A DNA stretch of 64,000 bases from Escherichia coli (GCF_024502345.1 NZ_JALDNN010000001.1); one strand, 5' to 3'. Positions 10,501 to 24,217 are shown, numbered from the stretch's first letter. The notes: generated by a model not told the origin, from the sequence alone. A program made the numbers and translations.

Positions 10501-11895
10501 TTACGGTTCCCAGCGCAGTTCGTCGTTTGACAATGCATCGAACGGTTCGACAAGCGTTAGCGTGATCTCATTGGAGGAGACACGCTGCCCCTGGTTATCT
10601 TCCACCACCACCGACAATCGCCAGTGATTGCTCGCCCCTTCCCCGTTCTGCCAGTCAGGCATGATCAGCGTCCAGCCCTCCGCGCTGTTGGCTTGTGCGC
10701 CCGGCGTCAAACTTAATATCTGCGTATCGCCCTGCCAAATCAGTTGCCGAATACCGTAACGACTGCGGATTTGTAATTTCAGCGGCACTGTTTCGCCAGG
10801 TTTTAGATCCCACGGCGGTGTCGCCAGAAACACCGTTAACGTTTTTCGCTGTCGGTACTCAAGAGTCGGTAGATTATTTCGCTGCGGATTATCATAGCGA
10901 CTACCACGTAACGACTGACTTTCGGCAACCTCGCCCGCAGAAAGTTGTTTTTTGAGCGGTACACCAAAGCGGTAATTAAGATTCAGTCCGAGGTTATTTT
11001 GATTTTCGCCACTTTCACCCTGTTTATGCTGGGCCGTCACAGTGACTAATAGCACAGGGGTGTAATTTAATCCCAGACTCAACGCGACGGGATTGTGATA
11101 ACCCGTACCAGAGTTAAACAAATCAACACGCTCACCAAAATACTGTTCTACCCTGACACTGGTATTGAGGTGTTGATAGAACGGCATGCGCATCCGGGCT
11201 GTCAGGTCATACCCGCGCGCCATCCGTTGTTCCTGCGTGGCTGTCTGTTCATGCCATGCAGCAAACGGCTGATAAAAGTTTGCCGATAGTCGCAAATATT
11301 CGCCCCACGCTTCGGCACCAAAGCCCGCTCGCTGAAGATTTTCGTCCAGCAAGTTGTCATAAAAAGTGTTATAACCCACCAGCCAGTTGCCGCGCGCCCA
11401 GCGTTGCCCAACGCCCACATTGCTCACCAACCCATCATCCTGCTGAGTAAGACCAAGCTGGCTCCAGGTGAGATAACGATCATTATCTTGTAACGGCACA
11501 AACCAGCTTCCACGACTGCCGGTGAAATGTCCTTCGTTATCCACTTTGACGTCAACACTGGCATTTCCCCACGGTGATAGCCAGGACTCTACGTGCTGAT
11601 TAACCTGTTGACTAAGCGCGTCGCGGACTTTTCCCAATGCGAAAGCTTTTGCCTGCTCGCCAGTATCCAGCCCGTTATCATTCATACTGGTTTCGCCGAA
11701 ATCTTTCACAATTTCAGCAAAGTGTTTTTCCCCATCATGATTTTCGGGAGCCATGCCTAAATCCGGCAGACCATCATTGTTATTATCAAAGGGATTTGCC
11801 GCTTTTTGCTCGAAGGTAGATTGTGCGTTAGCTGTACCGCCTGCTACAAGCAAGAGTAAATAAAACGGGATAATGCGAGGAACGAAACGGCTCAA
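10501..11895 (-). CDS. ychO: Invasin/intimin-like outer-membrane protein
   Basis: 464-aa ORF with N-terminal signal peptide; stop abuts narL stop. Confidence 0.8.
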   Translation of the reverse strand: MSRFVPRIIPFYLLLLVAGGTANAQSTFEQKAANPFDNNNDGLPDLGMAPENHDGEKHFAEIVKDFGETSMNDNGLDTGEQAKAFALGKVRDALSQQVNQHVESWLSPWGNASVDVKVDNEGHFTGSRGSWFVPLQDNDRYLTWSQLGLTQQDDGLVSNVGVGQRWARGNWLVGYNTFYDNLLDENLQRAGFGAEAWGEYLRLSANFYQPFAAWHEQTATQEQRMARGYDLTARMRMPFYQHLNTSVRVEQYFGERVDLFNSGTGYHNPVALSLGLNYTPVLLVTVTAQHKQGESGENQNNLGLNLNYRFGVPLKKQLSAGEVAESQSLRGSRYDNPQRNNLPTLEYRQRKTLTVFLATPPWDLKPGETVPLKLQIRSRYGIRQLIWQGDTQILSLTPGAQANSAEGWTLIMPDWQNGEGASNHWRLSVVVEDNQGQRVSSNEITLTLVEPFDALSNDELRWEP

Positions 11896-11921
11896 AACGT
11901 CGGTAACTTCCGGTAATAATG

Positions 11922-11956
<35 letters not shown>

Positions 11957-11957
11957 A

Positions 11958-12061
<104 letters not shown>

Positions 12062-12078
12062 GAATACAGGAGTAAATA

Positions 12079-12432
12079 ATGCAAAAAATCGTGATCGTTG
12101 CCAATGGCGCACCTTACGGGAGCGAATCCTTGTTTAACAGCTTGCGGCTGGCCATTGCGTTACGAGAGCAGGAGAGCAATCTGGATCTGCGTCTGTTCCT
12201 CATGTCTGATGCGGTCACAGCCGGGTTGCGCGGGCAAAAACCAGGGGAAGGCTACAACATTCAGCAAATGCTGGAGATCCTTACCGCTCAGAATGTACCG
12301 GTGAAATTGTGCAAAACCTGTACCGACGGGCGCGGGATTAGTACACTTCCTCTGATTGATGGGGTGGAAATCGGTACTCTTGTGGAACTGGCGCAATGGA
12401 CGCTGTCAGCCGATAAAGTGCTCACATTTTAA
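12079..12432 (+). CDS. ychN: DsrE/DsrF-family protein
   Basis: 117-aa ORF MQKIVIVANGAPYGSE... Confidence 0.9.
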   Translation: MQKIVIVANGAPYGSESLFNSLRLAIALREQESNLDLRLFLMSDAVTAGLRGQKPGEGYNIQQMLEILTAQNVPVKLCKTCTDGRGISTLPLIDGVEIGTLVELAQWTLSADKVLTF

Positions 12433-12475
12433 TGTTTGAGGGGGCGTCTGACGCCCCACTATGCGGGAAGTTTAC

Positions 12476-13171
12476 TCAGGCGAATCCCGGACGTAACACA
12501 CCATCCGGAAAATTCTCCGCCAGCAGTTTTTTTACCGATACCAGCAAATCATTCAGCCCATCGTCCTGCATTCCCAGTTTGATAAGCTCCTGTTCCAGTG
12601 AAAACAGGTATTGTGCGTTGGTTCCCAGCGGACCGCTCGCCGCCGCAATCAACGGCGCGATGACCTGAGCGCGAGTATCAGATTCATATTCTGGATGTCG
12701 CGGATCCATAATAAACACAATGGCGTTTACTGTGCGTCCATCATCAAGATCAAGCTGACACCAGGTTGGCAGATAACAGCCGGTAATCATCTCTCGCTTC
12801 CACAACAAGGTTAGTTCCTGCTCCAGCGTCTCTTCTGGCAGTCGATAGGCGACGCCTGTGGTGCGTCCGCCCTCTTTCAGTGCAAGCATCCGTCCCGGCT
12901 GGTGCGCAGTCCCGCGCCCGGCGGTCAGGCGCAGGCAAAATGCGCGATGCCATCCAACCAGTGTACCGGTGCACGATTCGGTAAACTCCAGTGCCGGATT
13001 CCACATCAACGATCCATAGCCGAAGATCCACACCGGTTCCTCATCAGGTCGACAAGCCAGCGTCGCCGCCAGCGAAGCCGCCCGTTGTTCTGCTGACCAT
13101 AAGAGTGATTCTTCAATGGCACCAAATGCCGTTTTACAATCGGCATTCATCAAGAAATCACGCGTTATCAC
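12476..13171 (-). CDS. chaC: Glutathione-specific gamma-glutamylcyclotransferase
   Basis: ORF 12476-13207; start placed at internal GTG to give 231 aa (MITRDFLMNADCK...); YGSLMW motif present. Confidence 0.85.
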   Translation of the reverse strand: MITRDFLMNADCKTAFGAIEESLLWSAEQRAASLAATLACRPDEEPVWIFGYGSLMWNPALEFTESCTGTLVGWHRAFCLRLTAGRGTAHQPGRMLALKEGGRTTGVAYRLPEETLEQELTLLWKREMITGCYLPTWCQLDLDDGRTVNAIVFIMDPRHPEYESDTRAQVIAPLIAAASGPLGTNAQYLFSLEQELIKLGMQDDGLNDLLVSVKKLLAENFPDGVLRPGFA

Positions 13172-13328
13172 CTTACACCTCCGCCACTGCATACTTCCCT
13201 GCGACAACTTTTTGGTGTCTTCCGGACATTTTTACTGCTCATTTTGAAACCACTAACGGGACAATATGCAATCCACGGACCACTTGCAAGGCAACACCGC
13301 ACGAATAGCTTTAACTAAGCTACCGGTT

Positions 13329-13559
13329 TTACGATTTTTTATGCCATTTATCATCATCCCCTTTGGCATATTCATGCTTCACAGCAGCCCAGGCCACTTT
13401 ATGCGCGGTTTCTTCGCGACTGGCGTCATCACGCCGATCTTCTTTATCTTTATATTGATCCCATGCGCTGTTGAACGCTTCTTTATAGATATCCTGGGCA
13501 TGAGACGGTAGAACGTGCTTTACGCTTTCCGGCAGGTCGCTTTTCGTTTTATACGGCAT
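13329..13559 (-). CDS. chaB: Cation transport regulator ChaB
   Basis: 76-aa ORF MPYKTKSDLPESVKHV... Confidence 0.9.
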   Translation of the reverse strand: MPYKTKSDLPESVKHVLPSHAQDIYKEAFNSAWDQYKDKEDRRDDASREETAHKVAWAAVKHEYAKGDDDKWHKKS

Positions 13560-13828
13560 CGTTGACTCCTTTTACAAAGTTGAACATTAAGTGTGGTCAA
13601 CAATATCTACTCTTGCCAAAACATAAGAATTTTCATGTCAGACTGTTCTTAAGAAACGCTAAAACAAACATTGTCTAAACGTATTACTTATTTTTATGCC
13701 TCAATGAGTAAAAAATCGACAACGGGGTAAAAATTCGTAAAATGTTACCGATATCCAGACACTTTCTGTTATTTTTCCTACCTATTTTTTACATTTTCGA
13801 TAAATTCATCTGCAAAGGGATAACCATA

Positions 13829-14929
13829 ATGTCAAATGCTCAAGAGGCGGTAAAAACCCGCCACAAGGAGACTTCACTTATTTTCCCGGTTCTGGCGCTG
13901 GTAGTGCTGTTCCTGTGGGGAAGCAGCCAGACACTACCAGTGGTCATTGCCATCAATCTTCTTGCGCTTATTGGTATTTTAAGTAGCGCCTTTAGTGTTG
14001 TCCGTCATGCGGACGTATTAGCCCATCGCCTGGGAGAACCTTACGGTTCGCTTATTCTTAGCCTTTCAGTGGTTATTCTTGAAGTTAGTTTGATTTCAGC
14101 TTTAATGGCAACTGGCGACGCCGCGCCAACGCTAATGCGTGATACGCTCTATTCAATCATTATGATTGTTACCGGTGGGCTGGTTGGCTTTTCATTATTG
14201 TTGGGCGGTCGTAAGTTTGCCACCCAATATATGAATCTGTTTGGTATCAAGCAGTATTTAATTGCGCTGTTCCCCCTGGCGATAATCGTACTGGTATTTC
14301 CAATGGCTCTGCCTGCGGCGAATTTTTCAACCGGTCAGGCGTTACTGGTAGCATTAATTTCTGCGGCAATGTATGGCGTATTTTTGCTGATCCAGACCAA
14401 AACGCATCAAAGTTTGTTTGTCTACGAGCACGAAGATGACAGTGATGACGACGACCCGCACCACGGTAAACCGTCTGCCCATAGCAGCCTGTGGCATGCT
14501 ATCTGGTTGATTATCCACCTGATTGCCGTTATTGCAGTCACCAAAATGAACGCCAGCCCGCTGGAGACTTTGCTCGACAGCATGAATGCCCCTGTCGCCT
14601 TTACTGGCTTCCTGGTGGCACTGTTGATTCTGTCGCCGGAAGGTTTAGGTGCATTAAAAGCAGTGTTGAACAACCAGGTCCAGCGCGCGATGAATCTGTT
14701 CTTTGGTTCAGTGTTAGCAACAATTTCGCTTACCGTACCTGTCGTCACGCTAATTGCCTTTATGACGGGTAACGAATTGCAGTTTGCACTTGGTGCGCCA
14801 GAAATGGTGGTGATGGTGGCCTCTTTAGTGCTGTGCCATATCTCCTTCTCCACCGGACGTACTAACGTGCTCAATGGCGCAGCGCATCTGGCACTGTTTG
14901 CCGCCTATTTGATGACGATATTTGCCTGA
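13829..14929 (+). CDS. chaA: Ca2+/H+ (Na+/H+) antiporter
   Basis: Start placed at internal ATG (MSNAQEAVKTRHKE...) for 366 aa; polytopic membrane protein; divergent from chaB. Confidence 0.92.
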   Translation: MSNAQEAVKTRHKETSLIFPVLALVVLFLWGSSQTLPVVIAINLLALIGILSSAFSVVRHADVLAHRLGEPYGSLILSLSVVILEVSLISALMATGDAAPTLMRDTLYSIIMIVTGGLVGFSLLLGGRKFATQYMNLFGIKQYLIALFPLAIIVLVFPMALPAANFSTGQALLVALISAAMYGVFLLIQTKTHQSLFVYEHEDDSDDDDPHHGKPSAHSSLWHAIWLIIHLIAVIAVTKMNASPLETLLDSMNAPVAFTGFLVALLILSPEGLGALKAVLNNQVQRAMNLFFGSVLATISLTVPVVTLIAFMTGNELQFALGAPEMVVMVASLVLCHISFSTGRTNVLNGAAHLALFAAYLMTIFA

Positions 14930-15217
14930 CAGTTATATCTCCTCCGATGACGGAAATCGGGGGAGATAATATAAATTCCTGCTTATTGTATTTCTTCATA
15001 CTACCTGGACAGGTCGTTAATCAGAATTGCGAGCCTGTACCACAACCTGCACGAATCCACTGCAACAGCTGTTGAAAAGCCGGAATGTACTCTTCATTGC
15101 AAACATTTCAGGGATGAAGTGAAGATGAATTGAGACGTAGTATCCACACCAAGCCGGCGTTATCCGGTGAGGCGCAATGTTGCGTGGGCTTTATCCCTGG
15201 TGGCATTGGTTGCTGGA

Positions 15218-15286
15218 AAGAGAAAACCCCCGCACGTTGAGAGGTAAAACCTGACAACAGAACGGGGGCTAATCTTGAAACCAGAC
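15218..15286 (-). ncRNA. rdl: Rdl antisense RNA (antitoxin), copy 1
   Basis: Minus-strand sequence GTCTGGTTTCAAGATTAGCCCCCGTTCTGTTGTCAGG...GCGGGGGTTTTCTCTT matches remembered Rdl RNA; GC stem plus U-run; 48-116 bp upstream of ldr ATG. Confidence 0.6.
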
Positions 15287-15333
15287 ACTTCAAGAATAGC
15301 CGCAAAATGTTGTCATTACAACAAGGCGGCTAT

Positions 15334-15441
15334 ATGACGCTCGCGCAGTTTGCCATGACTTTCTGGCACGACCTGGCGGCACCGATCCTGGCGGGAATTA
15401 TTACCGCAGCGATTGTCGGCTGGTGGCGTAACCGGAAGTAA
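15334..15441 (+). CDS. ldr: Ldr type I toxin peptide, 35 aa (MTLAQFAMTFWHDLAAPILAGIITAAIVGWWRNRK)
   Basis: 108-nt ORF below the ORF-track cutoff; single TM helix with basic C-terminus. Confidence 0.85.
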   Translation: MTLAQFAMTFWHDLAAPILAGIITAAIVGWWRNRK

Positions 15442-15488
15442 GGTGAAAACGGGCGTCAGGCTGCCGTGATGGCAATATGCGCCCGAAA

Positions 15489-15525
15489 CCGGCCGCAGGG
15501 GTAACAGCCTGCGGCCATTTTTGTC
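15489..15525 (+). terminator. Rho-independent terminator of ldr copy 1
   Basis: GGCCGCAGGGGTAACAGCCTGCGGCC hairpin followed by ATTTTTGTC. Confidence 0.6.
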
Positions 15526-15752
15526 TTTATCACTTCCACAAGTAAATATTGGCAACCCGAGCTGGAAGCATCATCCAGAGCACTCATGAAACGACTGTAA
15601 CAGCTGTTGAAAAACCGGAATGCACTCTTCATTGCAAACATTTCAGGGATGAAGTGAAGATGAATTGAGTCGTAGTATCCACACCAAGCCGGCGTTATCC
15701 GGTGAGGCGCAATGTTGCGGGGGCTTTATCCCTGGTGGCATTGGTTGCTGGA

Positions 15753-15821
15753 AAGAGAAAACCCCCGCACGTTGAGAGGTAAAACCTGACAACAGAACGG
15801 GGGCTAATCTTGAACCATCAA
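15753..15821 (-). ncRNA. rdl: Rdl antisense RNA (antitoxin), copy 2
   Basis: Second copy of the Rdl-like sequence, differing from copy 1 at its 5' end. Confidence 0.55.
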
Positions 15822-15869
15822 CAATTCAAGAATAGCCGCAAAATGTTGTCATTACAACAAGGCGGCTAT

Positions 15870-15977
15870 ATGACGCTCGCGCAGTTTGCCATGATTTTCT
15901 GGCATGACCTGGCAGCACCGATCCTGGCGGGAATTATTACCGCAGCGATTGTCGGCTGGTGGCGTAACCGGAAGTAA
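15870..15977 (+). CDS. ldr: Ldr type I toxin peptide, 35 aa (MTLAQFAMIFWHDLAAPILAGIITAAIVGWWRNRK)
   Basis: Second 108-nt ORF; differs from copy 1 by T9I. Confidence 0.85.
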   Translation: MTLAQFAMIFWHDLAAPILAGIITAAIVGWWRNRK

Positions 15978-16024
15978 GGCGAAAACGGGCGTCAGGCTGC
16001 CGTGATGGCAATATGCGCCCGAAA

Positions 16025-16060
16025 CCGGCCGCAGGGATAACAGCCTGCGGCCTTTTTTGT
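16025..16060 (+). terminator. Rho-independent terminator of ldr copy 2
   Basis: GGCCGCAGGGATAACAGCCTGCGGCC hairpin followed by TTTTTTG. Confidence 0.6.
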
Positions 16061-16125
16061 ATCCGGCACCCATGAAAAAAGTCTTAACGCAGAACGCTAA
16101 GACTTTATTTTTCAAGCAAAAAAGA

Positions 16126-16989
<864 letters not shown>

Positions 16990-17015
16990 TTAATCTTGAG
17001 TAAAATGTCGATTAA

Positions 17016-17825
17016 TTAATGCAGCACAATATGTTTATGCGCGATGTTATTTATTTGCGCACGGATCATTTCGCTGATCGGGTCTTCCGGACACTGTTCA
17101 ACGAAATAACTTAAATCGTTCAACGCAACGTGTTCGCAATCCAGTTGCGCATAAATCAACCCGCGATCGCGAATTTCATAGGGATCTTCAGGGTTGAATT
17201 GTAATAAAGCTTCGCTGGTGCGTAACGCCAGCTCCATCTGATTTTCTTCCATCAACGAGGCTTTGAGTGTATCCAGCAATTTGCGGATTACCTCAATGTT
17301 ATCAGCTTCATCAAGGTCTTCATAAAACAGTTCCGCCGACGGGCTGATATTTCCCTTTAACCATACGTCCAGCATATGTTCGCTTAACGATTCACCGTTA
17401 AAAGGATTAATCAGCCAAATTTCGCCATCCGGACACTCAATGCGCAATATCAGCTGCGTAGGGAAAATCACCGGCAGCAGCGGCAAATCGAGACGATTCG
17501 CGACCCATAATAAAACCGCACCTAATGATACCGCACTGCCCTGTCGATTCTTTAACACCTGGTCCAGCCATAATGCATCGGAAAGACGATAAACGCCGCG
17601 TGAGGCTTTAAATCCCCAGTCGCCGTAAAACAGCGCGATCAGTTTTTCCAGCTGCTCTTCTAAAGGCAGAAGCTGGCTGATTTCTTCCTTCGCCAGACTA
17701 ACGAGACGCTCCAGTTCGTCGTAAACATCTTGCGAGGGAAAATCGCGGCGGATTGCTTCGCAAGCCAGGATCATGCCTTCGCACAATGGCGCTTTATTAA
17801 ATTCGAAATCAGCTAACGATCTCAT
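17016..17825 (-). CDS. sirB1: SirB1/YchA family protein
   Basis: 269-aa ORF in the conserved position between kdsA and prmC. Confidence 0.8.
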   Translation of the reverse strand: MRSLADFEFNKAPLCEGMILACEAIRRDFPSQDVYDELERLVSLAKEEISQLLPLEEQLEKLIALFYGDWGFKASRGVYRLSDALWLDQVLKNRQGSAVSLGAVLLWVANRLDLPLLPVIFPTQLILRIECPDGEIWLINPFNGESLSEHMLDVWLKGNISPSAELFYEDLDEADNIEVIRKLLDTLKASLMEENQMELALRTSEALLQFNPEDPYEIRDRGLIYAQLDCEHVALNDLSYFVEQCPEDPISEMIRAQINNIAHKHIVLH

Positions 17826-17828
17826 GAC

Positions 17829-18221
17829 TTACCCCAGTAACGGTACTTTTGTGGTGGCGAGTTTAATGATGATGTACAGCACCACCAACGCCAGCGGGAA
17901 GGCAATAATGCGCGCCTGCTGACTGTGCATACGACGATAATCGAGTGCAATAAAACCCAAAACGATATAAATGATAACTCCAAACAGCTTTTCAGTCAGC
18001 CACTGTGCCTGCCCGGAAAATGGTAGGATGTGCGCTTTAGCCATCAACGCAATGCCGCTTAACAATAACACCGTATCGACAACCGGCGGCACAATGCGCG
18101 TCCAGCGAGCAAATGCCTGTGGATGCTTCTGATAACGTAGCCAGAAACGTAAGGTTAATAGCCCAACAGAAAGCGCGATACTAATAAGATGAACACTAAG
18201 CAGTGTAGAAAAACTTGTCAT
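17829..18221 (-). CDS. sirB2: SirB2/YchQ small inner-membrane protein
   Basis: 130-aa hydrophobic ORF; start overlaps prmC stop. Confidence 0.8.
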   Translation of the reverse strand: MTSFSTLLSVHLISIALSVGLLTLRFWLRYQKHPQAFARWTRIVPPVVDTVLLLSGIALMAKAHILPFSGQAQWLTEKLFGVIIYIVLGFIALDYRRMHSQQARIIAFPLALVVLYIIIKLATTKVPLLG

Positions 18222-19051
18222 TGATAATAGCGGCCGAGCGTTACGCGCTCGTTATCACCATAGTCATGGCAGGTTTCGACGTCATGATACCCCGCGAGGA
18301 TAAATGCTTGTCGCACCGCTTCGCCCTGCTGCCAGCCATGTTCCAGAAGCAGAAAGCCGCCGGATACCAGCGCGTTACGCGACTGTTCGATGATATGCAC
18401 GATGTCTGCCATTCCACTGTCTGCCGCAACCAGCGCAGTGAGCGGCTCAAAGCGGACATCGCCTTGTTGAAGATGTGGGTCCTGCTCGTCAATATACGGC
18501 GGATTGCTGACAATCATCGCAAACTGCTGCCCGGCTAGCGCGCTAAACCAGTCGCTTTGCAGAATGTGGATATTTTTGATCGCCAGATGCTGGGCATTAC
18601 GTTGTGCCAGGGAGACAGCATCAGGCATACGATCTACAGCGATAATTTCGCAGTCCGGGCGCTCGCTAGCCAGCGCAAGCGCAATCGCCCCGGTACCCGT
18701 CCCGAGATCAAGAATACGGCAAGGTTGTTCAGGCAACCGCGCCAGTGCCTGCTCCACCAGACACTCCGTATCCGGGCGCGGAATTAAGGTCGCTGGCGAA
18801 ACAAATAACGGCAACGACCAGAATTCTCGCACCCCGGTTAAATGAGCAATGGGTTCACCATCGCGACGACGTGTCAGTAGCGCATCAAGTTGCTGACATT
18901 GTTCGTCAGTCAGCTGCGTTTCACCAAAGGCGAGAATAAAAGTACGCCCTCTGCCGGTAACATGTTCCAGCAGGATTTCAGCATCACGCCGCGGGCTTTC
19001 GCTCGCCTGAAGTTGGCTTATTGCTTCACGTAACCAGTATTGATATTCCAT
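18218..19051 (-). CDS. prmC: Release-factor glutamine N5-methyltransferase
   Basis: 277-aa ORF; SAM-binding LDLGTGTGAIALALA and NPPY motifs; start overlaps prfA stop. Confidence 0.95.
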   Translation of the reverse strand: MEYQYWLREAISQLQASESPRRDAEILLEHVTGRGRTFILAFGETQLTDEQCQQLDALLTRRRDGEPIAHLTGVREFWSLPLFVSPATLIPRPDTECLVEQALARLPEQPCRILDLGTGTGAIALALASERPDCEIIAVDRMPDAVSLAQRNAQHLAIKNIHILQSDWFSALAGQQFAMIVSNPPYIDEQDPHLQQGDVRFEPLTALVAADSGMADIVHIIEQSRNALVSGGFLLLEHGWQQGEAVRQAFILAGYHDVETCHDYGDNERVTLGRYYQ

Positions 19052-20133
19052 TATTCCTGCTCGGACAACGCCGCCAGTTGGTCGGCCTGATGTTCCTGGA
19101 TAATCGGTTCAATCAGCATATCCAGCTTACCTTCCATCACTTCATCCAGGCGGTAGAGCGTCAGGTTGATGCGGTGATCGGTAACGCGCCCCTGCGGGAA
19201 ATTGTAAGTACGGTTACGGTCGCTGCGATCGCCACTCCCCAGCAGGTTACGACGGGTAGACGCTTCGGCCTGTTGGCGTTTTGCCATTTCAGCAGCGTGG
19301 ATGCGAGCACCGAGCACTGAAAGCGCCTTCGCTTTGTTTTTATGTTGTGAACGTTCGTCCTGACATTCAACAACAATCCCGGTCGGCAAGTGAGTAATAC
19401 GAATTGCCGAATCGGTGGTGTTAACGTGCTGACCACCCGCCCCTGACGAGCGGAAAGTATCAATGCGTAAATCTGCTGGGTTGATGTCCGGCAGTTCTGC
19501 GTCAGGCAGTTCTGGCATTACCGCAACGGTACAAGCAGAAGTATGAATACGACCCTGCGATTCCGTAGCAGGAACACGCTGCACGCGATGACCGCCGGAT
19601 TCAAATTTCAGACGACCATACACACCATCACCGCTAATTTTGGCGATGATCTCTTTATAACCACCATGTTCACCCTCGCTGGCGCTCATGATTTCTACCC
19701 GCCAGCGGCGGGCTTCGGCGTAACGGCTGTACATACGGAACAGATCGCCCGCGAACAGCGCCGCTTCGTCGCCGCCGGTTCCGGCTCGGACTTCGAGGAA
19801 GGCGTTACGTTCGTCATCAGGATCTTTTGGCAGTAACAGAACCTGTAATTGCTGTTCCAGTTGCTCGCTTTTTTCTTTAGCTTCGCGCAGTTCATCCTGC
19901 GCCATCTCACGCATTTCAGGATCGTCGAGCATCATCTGTGCGGTTTCGATATCTTCCTGAACCTGTTGCCAGTCGGTAAAACAGCGCGAAACATCACTTA
20001 ACTGCGCATATTCGCGTGATAATGCGCGAAAACGTTCCTGGTCGGCGATAGTTTGCGCGTCACCCAGCAACGCCTGAACTTCTTCATGGCGTTCATGCAG
20101 GGCTTCCAGTTTGGCAACGATAGAAGGCTTCAT
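19051..20133 (-). CDS. prfA: Peptide chain release factor 1
   Basis: 360-aa ORF containing the GGQ motif (SGAGGQHVN). Confidence 0.97.
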
Positions 20134-20174
20134 AGGCGTAAATGCACCCTGTAAAAAAAGAAAATGATGTACTG

Positions 20175-21431
20175 CTACTCCAGCCCGAGGCTGTCGCGCA
20201 GAATATTCAGGCGTTCGTTATCCCCGTCACGGGCGGCCTGTTGAAGTGATTTCGTTGGCGCATGGATCAAGCGGTTAGTCAGTTTCCATGCCAGATCCTG
20301 CATAATGGCTTGCGCGTCGCCGCCCTGCTCAAGGGCCGCTAACGCTTTGGCGGTTAACTCATCGCGAACTTGCTCTGCCTGGCTGCGATACTCGCGAATG
20401 GTTTCGCTGGCGCTTTGTGCTCGCAGCCACGCCATAAATTCGCTGGTTTCCTGAGCGACAATAGTTTCCGCCTCAACCGCTGCGGCTTTACGCTGCGCCA
20501 GGTTGTGCGAAATGATGCTTTGCAGATCATCAACGCTATAAAGATAAGCATTCGCCAGTTTGCCAACTTCCGGCTCAACATCGCGCGGAACGGCAATATC
20601 CACCAACAGCATTGGTTGGTTGCGACGGCTTTTTAATGCGCGCTCCACCATGCCTTTCCCGATAATCGGTAACGGGCTGGCGGTGGAACTGATGATGATA
20701 TCGGCTTCGCGCAGACGTTCGTCGATATCACTCAGGGCAATCACTTCCGCACCGACTTCATCTGCCAGAATTTGGGCACGTTCGCGAGTGCGGTTGGCGA
20801 TAATCATCTTCTGTACTTTATGTTCGCGCAGATGACGCGCTACCAGCTCGATGGTTTCGCCCGCGCCTACCAGCAACACTGTGACCGTAGAGAGCGATTC
20901 AAAGATCTGCCGCGCCAGCGTACAAGCCGCAAAAGCGACAGACACAGCGCTGGCACCGATATCTGTTTCAGTGCGAACGCGTTTCGCTACAGAGAAAGAT
21001 TTCTGGAACATGCGTTCCAGTTCGCTGGCCTTCATATGGCCTTTTTGCGAATCGGCAAACGCTTTTTTAACCTGACCGAGGATCTGCGGCTCCCCAAGAA
21101 CCAGTGAATCCAGGCCGCTGGCAACACGCATTAAATGGCTAACCGCGTCGTTATCCTGATGCCAGTAGAGGCTTTTACGCAGATCTTCTTCATTAAGATT
21201 GTGATAATCGCAAAGCCAGCGGATTAACGCCTCTTGCAGGTTATCCTGCTCTTCAACGCTAAGATAAAGTTCCGTGCGGTTGCACGTCGACAGCACCACG
21301 CCGCCCTGCACCATCGGCTGCGCAAGCAGGCTGTCAAGCGCCTGATCGAGCTTATCCGGCGAAAACGATACACGTTCTCGCAGCGATACAGGTGCCGTTT
21401 TATGGTTGATACCGAGTGCTAAAAGGGTCAT
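20175..21431 (-). CDS. hemA: Glutamyl-tRNA reductase
   Basis: ORF 20175-21629; start placed at internal ATG ([19 protein letters not shown]...) for 418 aa. Confidence 0.92.
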
Positions 21432-21575
21432 GTCTGCGGGAAATAATACCAACGTTGATAGGGTTAGTCTGCTTGCATCATACAGGATGCGTAAGATCAA
21501 TAAAAGAGAGCGCCCCCTTTTGGAGTAATTGCCGAAAGCCGTTAGATTCTGGCAATTAAGACAACTTGAACATAG

Positions 21576-22267
<692 letters not shown>

Positions 22268-22268
<1 letters not shown>

Positions 22269-23119
22269 TGCGGACACAGTGGCCCTCTCCGGCAAAACTT
22301 AATCTGTTTTTATACATTACCGGTCAGCGTGCGGATGGTTACCACACGCTGCAAACGCTGTTTCAGTTTCTTGATTACGGCGACACCATCAGCATTGAGC
22401 TTCGTGACGATGGGGATATTCGTCTGTTAACGCCCGTTGAAGGCGTGGAACATGAAGATAACCTGATCGTTCGCGCAGCGCGGTTATTGATGAAAACTGC
22501 GGCAGACAGCGGGCGTCTTCCGACGGGAAGCGGTGCGAATATCAGCATTGACAAGCGTTTGCCGATGGGCGGCGGTCTCGGCGGTGGTTCATCCAATGCC
22601 GCGACGGTCCTGGTGGCATTAAATCATCTCTGGCAATGCGGGCTAAGCATGGATGAGCTGGCGGAAATGGGGCTGACGCTGGGCGCAGATGTTCCTGTCT
22701 TTGTTCGGGGGCATGCCGCGTTTGCCGAAGGCGTTGGTGAAATACTAACGCCGGTGGATCCGCCAGAGAAGTGGTATCTGGTGGCGCACCCTGGTGTAAG
22801 TATTCCAACACCGGTGATTTTTAAAGATCCTGAACTCCCGCGCAATACGCCAAAAAGGTCAATAGAAACGTTGCTAAAATGTGAATTCAGCAATGATTGC
22901 GAGGTTATCGCAAGAAAACGTTTTCGCGAGGTTGATGCGGTGCTTTCCTGGCTGTTAGAATACGCCCCGTCGCGCCTGACTGGGACAGGGGCCTGTGTCT
23001 TTGCTGAATTTGATACAGAGTCTGAAGCCCGCCAGGTGCTAGAGCAAGCCCCGGAATGGCTCAATGGCTTTGTGGCGAAAGGCGCTAATCTTTCCCCATT
23101 GCACAGAGCCATGCTTTAA
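22268..23119 (+). CDS. ispE: 4-diphosphocytidyl-2-C-methyl-D-erythritol kinase
   Basis: 283-aa ORF with GHMP kinase motif [14 protein letters not shown]. Confidence 0.95.
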
Positions 23120-23143
23120 GCCGGGCAAGCTGAGTTTCGGTGA

Positions 23144-24217
<1,074 letters not shown>

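Larger units (their letters stand above)
15064..16060. repeat. Two tandem copies of a ~536-bp Ldr/Rdl repeat unit
   Basis: Near-identical units beginning AACAGCTGTTGAAAA at ~15064 and ~15600, each carrying an ldr ORF, an antisense rdl and a terminator hairpin. Confidence 0.9.

Noticed and set aside
15064-16060. Possible CRISPR array suggested by the tandem repeat
   Set aside because: Only two ~536-bp units, each with a peptide ORF and antisense RNA; no short repeat-spacer structure and no cas genes nearby.
15316-16115. Minus-strand ORFs of 79 and 87 codons across the ldr repeats
   Set aside because: Near-identical because they lie in the tandem repeat and are antisense to the Ldr ORFs; the Ldr/Rdl interpretation explains the conservation.
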